Shown: positions 58,294 to 64,000 of the stretch, one piece after another
Layout of the letters: every line of letters starts with the position of its first letter
How positions within the stretch are numbered: the first letter of the stretch is position 1
Source: a virus
Lineage: Duplodnaviria; Heunggongvirae; Uroviricota; Caudoviricetes
Virus record (IMG/VR): IMGVR_UViG_3300029904_000001
Span: 1-64,000 of that record
Reading direction: 5' to 3' (one strand)
Length of the DNA: 64,000 nt
The notes under the pieces: model-generated
What the model was told of the DNA's origin: nothing
Databases searched by the model: none
What the model saw: the letters and a program-made list of their open reading frames with translations, nothing else
Made by a program: the position numbers and the translations under genes

Positions 58294-58950
58294 ATGAATT
58301 TTTCTTTTAGTACAACAAAGGGAGCCACAGAAGGTGGTAAATTTCTTGGAGCAGGTATTCACAATGCTAAATTTCTTGGAGTAGATTATGATACTCAGAA
58401 CACTCAGGAAGGAGAGAAGAACGTAATGGTTCTTAAACTTGATGTAGTAGGTTATGGAGAATATACTCAGAAATTCTTCGAGCCAGAGAGTAGTGAGAGA
58501 GTAGAAATGCAGTGGGGACCCACTCCTTCGCAGGTAGATCATTTTCTCATTGCTGTTAGAGAGATTCTTGAAGCACTGGATCCTCAGCTTATTACTGATT
58601 TGGATGAAGGTAAGATTTCTCTCGATGGTTCTTTTGCTAAGTTAGTAAAGTCTCTTAAGAAGTATACCGATCCTTACGTTGGTAATGAAGTAGAGATTAA
58701 ACTGCTTCCTGGTAGTAAGGGTTATAATAACATTCCTACCTTTGTAGCCGGTCTCTCTAAGAATGGAAATCTGACTATTAGAACTCGTTTTATTGGTCAT
58801 AATCTAACTCTTACTGATCGTGAATTGAAGATGATCGAAGCAGCTAAGAATGCAACTCCTACTAATATGAAAGAGGAGAAATCAACTGCAGATAAGCTTC
58901 GTGATGAACTCGATGTTAACGATGAACTAGGAGAGGATCTTCCGTTCTAA
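58294..58950 (+). CDS. ssDNA-binding-type protein candidate with SSB-like C-terminal tip (..LGEDLPF)
   Basis: 218 aa; acidic C-terminus ending DLPF. Confidence 0.4.
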   Translation: MNFSFSTTKGATEGGKFLGAGIHNAKFLGVDYDTQNTQEGEKNVMVLKLDVVGYGEYTQKFFEPESSERVEMQWGPTPSQVDHFLIAVREILEALDPQLITDLDEGKISLDGSFAKLVKSLKKYTDPYVGNEVEIKLLPGSKGYNNIPTFVAGLSKNGNLTIRTRFIGHNLTLTDRELKMIEAAKNATPTNMKEEKSTADKLRDELDVNDELGEDLPF

Positions 58951-58952
58951 TT

Positions 58953-59960
58953 ATGGATATTACGTTTGAACCGATAGCCATCACTAAAGAATTAATCTTA
59001 TCAAGAATTCCAGAAGAACGAATCCTAACACATTATTTAGGTATTCCAGTTAGAAAAGGTTTATATAAATCACCACTTCGGCGAGATGAAAGGCCAACGT
59101 GCTCATTTTATCGGTCTAAGACTAACGGTCGAATAATGTTTAAGGATTTTGGTAATGGATTTTGTGGCGATTTCGTTTCAGTCGTAATGTGTAAATTTAA
59201 TTGCTCATATTATAAAGCACTTCAAATAATTGCTAATGATTTTGGTATAATCCATCGTAAGGATATGACAGTCAATAAAGCTAGAATGTCCTACGATGGA
59301 TCTACTTTTGAAGATACTGGTTCTGCAGTAATTCAAGTAGAAATCAGAAATTGGCAACAGTATGAACTAGACTGATGAGCAAAATATGGTATAACGGAAA
59401 ATACCTTAAAAAAGTTTAAAGTGTTTTCATGTAAAAATGTCTTTTTAAATGGAAATCTCTTTTATCTAGAACAGCCGAATCAATTAGTTTTTGGATATTA
59501 TGGTGGAATAAAACAAGATATTGAACAATGGAGGATCTATTTCCCACGTAAAAATAAGTACAGATTTATTGCCAATTGAAAATCTACTCAAATTCAAGGA
59601 GCACATCGTTTAAATAAGAATGGAGGGGATACCCTTGTAATTACAAAATCCCTTAAAGACGTAATGGCATTATATGAATATGGAATTCAAGCAATAGCAC
59701 CTTGTTCTGAAAATGTATTTGTAACAGATAGTCAATATCAACGTTTAAAAGCAAAATATAAACACATATTCTTACTTTACGATAATGATAGACCGGGACA
59801 AAGAGCATCTATACGTATTCATAAGCAATATCCTGATTTAAAAATATTATTTATTCCAAAAAAATCTGGATGTAAAGATTTTTCAGATTTTAGAAAAGTA
59901 CATGGAGACAAGAAAACACGAGAATTAATACAACAAGCCAAAGATTATTATAAATTATAA
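58953..59960 (+). CDS. DnaG-type primase (zinc-binding domain + TOPRIM); in-frame TGA=Trp
   Basis: ..SPLRRDERPTCSFY.. zinc-ribbon; TOPRIM ..IFLLYDNDRPGQRA..; 58953 and 59664 ORFs share a frame across TGAs. Confidence 0.55.
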
Positions 59961-60005
59961 ATCTATTATCTATCTCTCAAGATTTATTAATTATAATACT
60001 TTTAT

Positions 60006-60419
60006 ATGGCTAAGAAAACAAAAACACAGTCAGATAAACCTAAAAAACGATCCTCATCATATTCTCGTAATAAAGGACACGCGTATGAAACCCAAATAGC
60101 TAAAGAGTTACGAGATTTAGGATTTACTGGTGTTGTAACTTCACGTTCTGAGTCAAGACGAGCAGATGATAATAAAGTTGATTTAATTGATACTGAAGGT
60201 AAACTTAAATGAGCAATTCAATTAAAGAAAACTCAAAATACACCATCTTATTTTGATATTCGTGAAGAATCAACAATAGATAATAAAGATTTTGTATTGT
60301 TTTGGGCTAAACAGAAGAAAAAAGAAGTTAATATCTGTACTGTTGGAGAAGTCGTAATGATAGATAAACAACTATTTTACGAATTAATTAAACCTTATGC
60401 ACAGGGTGAGAAGAATTAA
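60006..60419 (+). CDS. Hjc-type Holliday junction resolvase (PD-(D/E)xK nuclease); one TGA=Trp
   Basis: ..RNKGHAYETQIAKELRDLGFTGVVTSRSESRRADDNKVDLIDTEGKLK-W-AIQLKKTQN.. resembles archaeal/phage Hjc (KGSxxERELxxxLxxxGFxxxR..D..IE.K). Confidence 0.5.
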
Positions 60420-60443
60420 ATCTTTTCGCCCTTTTTATTTTAT

Positions 60444-60689
60444 ATGGAAAAAGCGATTGTAACATTTCTAAATCCTGATACTGGAGATAAGGTTATATTT
60501 AACTTTAAGTTTGATAAAGATAAAGATATTTTGGATTTTGATCCTATATTTAAAGTAAAAAATCCAGATAACCAATCTAACAATTTAATAAAAACACTAT
60601 CTTCAGTTTTTATAGATACATTAAATGGAGAAAATACTATTACAGACGATAGTGGGGAGTCAAGCATACGGAACAGCAACTCCAAATAG
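60444..60689 (+). CDS. small protein overlapping the start of the nucleotidyltransferase gene
   Basis: 81 aa, different frame from 60625; overlap 65 nt. Confidence 0.3.
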   Translation: MEKAIVTFLNPDTGDKVIFNFKFDKDKDILDFDPIFKVKNPDNQSNNLIKTLSSVFIDTLNGENTITDDSGESSIRNSNSK

Positions 60690-61695
60690 TGATATAGATA
60701 TTAAAGGAATTTATATCCAAAATATTTTTGATGTAGCATCTTTTAATTATGAACAACAAATAATGCCAGATAAAGATACTACATATTATGAAATTAAACG
60801 ATTTCTTGAATTAGCCATGTCTGCTAATCCAACTATTCTGGAACTAATGTGGATGCCAGATAGATGTATTCAAATTAAAGATCCACTTTTCATTAAATAT
60901 ATTGAGTCTAATCGAGATATATTTCTAACTAAGCAGTGTGCAAATTCTTTTATGGGTTATGCTTATCAACAAATAGTTAAAGCTCGTGGTTTAGATAAAA
61001 AGATGAACTGGGAGAAAGATAGAATAACTCGTAAAACTCCAATTGATTTTTGTAAGTTTATTTGGTTACCAGATTGGAAGTATAAGAAAGATATTAGATT
61101 ATCTAATAAGATTGATTTAATAACTCCAAGTTGGTATAATCATGATTTTTATGCATTAACTAAAATAGATAACACTAAACAATTATATAAATTCTGGAAT
61201 ATAGAAATGCCAGCACAAGAATGGACTAGACCCTTGTGCAACGATGATGATTTAATTATGACCGCTATTCCAGAAGATGTTGATGCTCAATTACTCGCAA
61301 TTGTTCAATATGATTTAGATGGATTTCAAGCACATTGTCGTGAATATAATGCATATCAAACTTGGCTTAAGGAACGTAACGAACAAAGATATGTCGATGT
61401 AGAAAATCATGGTCAGAAAATAGATGGTAAAAATCTTATGCATTGCTATCGTTTACTTCAAATGGCACGTGAAATTGCTACTGAACATAAATTAATCATC
61501 GAACGTCCAAATAGACAAGAATTACTTGATATTAGACATGGAAAATACGATTTACAGTCTTTATTAACTAAAGCAGAAGATCAAATCGAAGAAATTAAAG
61601 AGTTATTTAAACATTCTGATCTTCCAGATAATGTTAATAAAGATATTGTTAATAATATATTAATAGATATACGTAAGGAAGATTTATATGGATAA
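60625..61695 (+). CDS. Pol-beta-superfamily nucleotidyltransferase (GS..DxD NTase; CD-NTase/MNT/CCA-class-I-like)
   Basis: N-terminal ..IVGSQAYGTATPNSDIDIKGIY.. (G[S/G]x9-13DxD); 356 aa. Confidence 0.45.
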   Translation: MEKILLQTIVGSQAYGTATPNSDIDIKGIYIQNIFDVASFNYEQQIMPDKDTTYYEIKRFLELAMSANPTILELMWMPDRCIQIKDPLFIKYIESNRDIFLTKQCANSFMGYAYQQIVKARGLDKKMNWEKDRITRKTPIDFCKFIWLPDWKYKKDIRLSNKIDLITPSWYNHDFYALTKIDNTKQLYKFWNIEMPAQEWTRPLCNDDDLIMTAIPEDVDAQLLAIVQYDLDGFQAHCREYNAYQTWLKERNEQRYVDVENHGQKIDGKNLMHCYRLLQMAREIATEHKLIIERPNRQELLDIRHGKYDLQSLLTKAEDQIEEIKELFKHSDLPDNVNKDIVNNILIDIRKEDLYG

Positions 61696-61780
61696 AGAAT
61701 TAGTTTTACTTTCAGATTCTCTTTATGGTTTTTTAAAAGATGTATGAAACGAAACCAATAATCAGATTATTTTTGAATTA

Positions 61781-62935
61781 TTGTATTCACAAGATTTAAT
61801 AAACGAGTATAATAGCACAAAGGACGAAATTTTACAGACGAAACTAAAAACTAGTATCAATGATCATTTAACTGATTATGCTCGTATGTTAAGTTTTCGC
61901 AATAATGAGTTTGTAATATCGTTTTTACCAAAAGGAAAAGAACCAAAATATTCTGGAGAAAAAATATGAAGTAGAGAGAATCGTCAATCAGGTAAACCAA
62001 CTAAAATTCTTCAAAAAATAGTAAAAAGAAAGTTTACCAATCGTGACTATGAGCTACTAAACAATCTCTTAAAGAGTAAAATATTAAATCAAAAAGAGTT
62101 TGAAGTAGTAGAAGGAAAAGATATTCAATATTGGTACAATGAAGTAAATAATGATGAAGGTGCAACATTGTCAAACTCTTGTATGAGATATGCAGATTGT
62201 TCACAATATTTAGAATTATATGCTGATGTGTGTAAAATGCTTGTCTTATTTAATGAAGATAAAAGTTTAATATGCGGACGTGCTCTTCTCTGGGAAATTG
62301 ATGATAAGATTTATATGGATAGAGTTTATTATTCTAGAGATTGGTATTACGATTTGTTTATTGATTATGCACAAGAACACAAATTTGCATATCGAGCAAA
62401 TAATTCTTTACTTTCAACTGGTAGTAATCAATATTGGTATTCTCCACAAAACAATTATAAATCACCTATATTTTTAAGTTTACATGTTGAATTACCCAAA
62501 AGCTATGATAGGCTTCCCTATATAGATTCTTTTAGATATTTATTTGATGATATCTTATATGATCATCTTCCTACTTCCGATGAATTAAATTATTTAGAGG
62601 AAATTGATGCGTGCGATTGTGCAGATGGTGAAACTAGTAAACTTCTATATATTACATGTTATTCTTGTGGTAAATCAGCATGGAATGTAGAAGGAGAGGA
62701 AAATTCTTTATATTGGTCTGATCACGATGGGCGTTATTATTGTGATGATTGTTGTAGTTGGGTAGAGGTGCTTGAAGATTATATACACAATGACGATATA
62801 GTTGATTGTGTTGATGAAGATGACTATTCATTTATAGACGCACGTTGGGATATTGAACGAGACTCTAATTATATCAAACACGAAGGAACATATTATCACA
62901 TTAATAGCGAATACGCACAAGAAAATTTAGTATAA
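61781..62935 (+). CDS. Cys-rich protein (385 aa) joined across one TGA=Trp
   Basis: Track ORFs 61781-61969 and 62168-62935 are in the same frame, separated only by TGA at 61967. C-terminal CDCADGE..CYSCG..CDDCC cluster. Confidence 0.45.
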
Positions 62936-62937
62936 AG

Positions 62938-63702
62938 ATGAATAAAATTAGATATGATTTACTTCCAAATTTAGGATTGGAAGAAGTACACAAATTATTT
63001 ACATCTAAATTAAATAAATATCAAAAAAATCAATGGACTCAAGGACTATCTTGGAGTGATGTTTTAAATTCTCTTGAATATCATTTAAGCGAATTTAAGA
63101 AAGGTAACGACTTTAATAAAGAAGGTTTACTTAATATTGGAGAAGTTGCCATGAATGCATTAATACTCTGTCAATATTATCATACATTCCCTCAAGGTGA
63201 CGACAGAGTAATAAAACAAGTTAATTCACCTATTATCGTAAGCGATCTTGATGATGTTATTTTTGATTTCGTAGGAGCATATGAAAAACGTTTTGGTAAA
63301 ATGTCCAGTTATTGGAAAGGTGATTATAATATGTCTGAAAATCTAAAAGAATTACAAAAAGATAAAGATTTTTGGGTAAATATGCCAGTTAAAACTATAG
63401 TTCCACTAGAAATTGATTATTATGTAACAGCAAGATCTATTCCTATTGAATGGACACAAGAAGCTATTCAAAAGAACAATCTTCCAAAAGCTCCAATTTA
63501 TAGTCTTCCTTGGAATGAGTCAAAAATCGAGACTTTAAAAGAACTCGAAGCTGATATAATGGTAGACGATAAATTCGAGACATATAAGGAGTGTAAACAA
63601 AACGGAATATTTTGTTATTTAGTTACTACTGAGGCTAATAAGAGATATGACGTTGGACATCATCGTATTAAATCATTAGCCGATCTTAAAAATTTAAAGT
63701 AA
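62938..63702 (+). CDS. HAD-superfamily 5'(3')-deoxyribonucleotidase (NT5C-like) with N-terminal extension
   Basis: ..IIVSDLDDVIFDF.. (DxDx[TV] motif I) and ..ADIMVDDK.. (motif IV). Confidence 0.5.
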   Translation: MNKIRYDLLPNLGLEEVHKLFTSKLNKYQKNQWTQGLSWSDVLNSLEYHLSEFKKGNDFNKEGLLNIGEVAMNALILCQYYHTFPQGDDRVIKQVNSPIIVSDLDDVIFDFVGAYEKRFGKMSSYWKGDYNMSENLKELQKDKDFWVNMPVKTIVPLEIDYYVTARSIPIEWTQEAIQKNNLPKAPIYSLPWNESKIETLKELEADIMVDDKFETYKECKQNGIFCYLVTTEANKRYDVGHHRIKSLADLKNLK

Positions 63703-63704
63703 TG

Positions 63705-64000
63705 ACATATAAAGAATTTATAGAAGGATATGCTAATATCTCTGAAGAAAACTTTAACTTATTAGTAAAGTTTTACGATGGAAAAGTGCCATTTTATATG
63801 GAGTATTTTTGAGAAACAGCTAATAAGTCTGAAATTTTTAGTTATATGCTAGTGGCTAAAATAAAGCAATATCGTATTCTATCTCTTGCAGATGAAGTAT
63901 CACTTTTAAACGTAACTTTTCCTTTGTGTAATTTTCCAGAGATTTGCTCAAATGTTTGAACTGAGTGCTCAGAAGATTATGATTTTTATTTAACTTGGTA
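63705..64000 (+). CDS. hypothetical protein, 3'-partial at window end (contains TGA=Trp)
   Basis: ATG 63705; frame open to end of window. Confidence 0.3.

Overview
This window reads as a low-GC (~30%) tailed-phage genome segment in which in-frame TGA is read as a sense codon, almost certainly Trp (translation table 4-like). Many conserved genes (DNA polymerase I, RNase H, primase, DnaB-like and SF2 helicases, three homing endonucleases, a metallophosphatase, late/tail genes) are only intact when TGA is translated. A paralog pair aligns a TGA with a TGG-encoded Trp, and RNase H has TGA at its conserved DLW position. Recoding is uneven: a ~15 kb block of small ORFs (16.5-31.5 kb) and a higher-GC cassette (9.5-11.5 kb) contain almost no in-frame TGA. 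The 31.5-36.6 kb region is an unusual tRNA island. It holds canonical tRNAs (Gln-TTG, Leu-TAG, Pro-TGG, Asn-GTT, Gly-TCC, a Met/Ile-CAT-like and a Glu-TTC-like tRNA). It also holds a tRNA-Pro nested inside the anticodon loop of another tRNA. It holds a tRNA interrupted by a ~227-nt group-I-like intron whose predicted spliced anticodon could be UCA (a UGA reader), with a free-standing HNH endonuclease next to it. It holds a permuted tRNA-like element immediately downstream of a large vWA(MIDAS) protein, which suggests a Ro60/Y-RNA-like module. It also holds tRNA fragments, degenerate duplicates and a dispersed GATACTTACAAT repeat. Other content: a late-gene module on the minus strand (a peptidase M15 + HExxH protein, and a gene broken at a C7 homopolymer), a self-contained promoter/terminator gene cassette with a conserved upstream motif, an operator-like inverted-repeat array beside an HTH regulator, several ORF-free candidate ncRNA regions, an SPFH lipoprotein flanked by small membrane proteins, auxiliary genes (GroEL, GuaC/IMPDH-like, ferritin-like, isochorismatase-like, dNMP nucleotidase, RNase H) and a replication module (PolA, two helicases, primase, SSB-tailed proteins, Hjc-like resolvase, a Pol-beta-type nucleotidyltransferase). 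All calls come from reading the sequence and motif recognition only; no searches were run.
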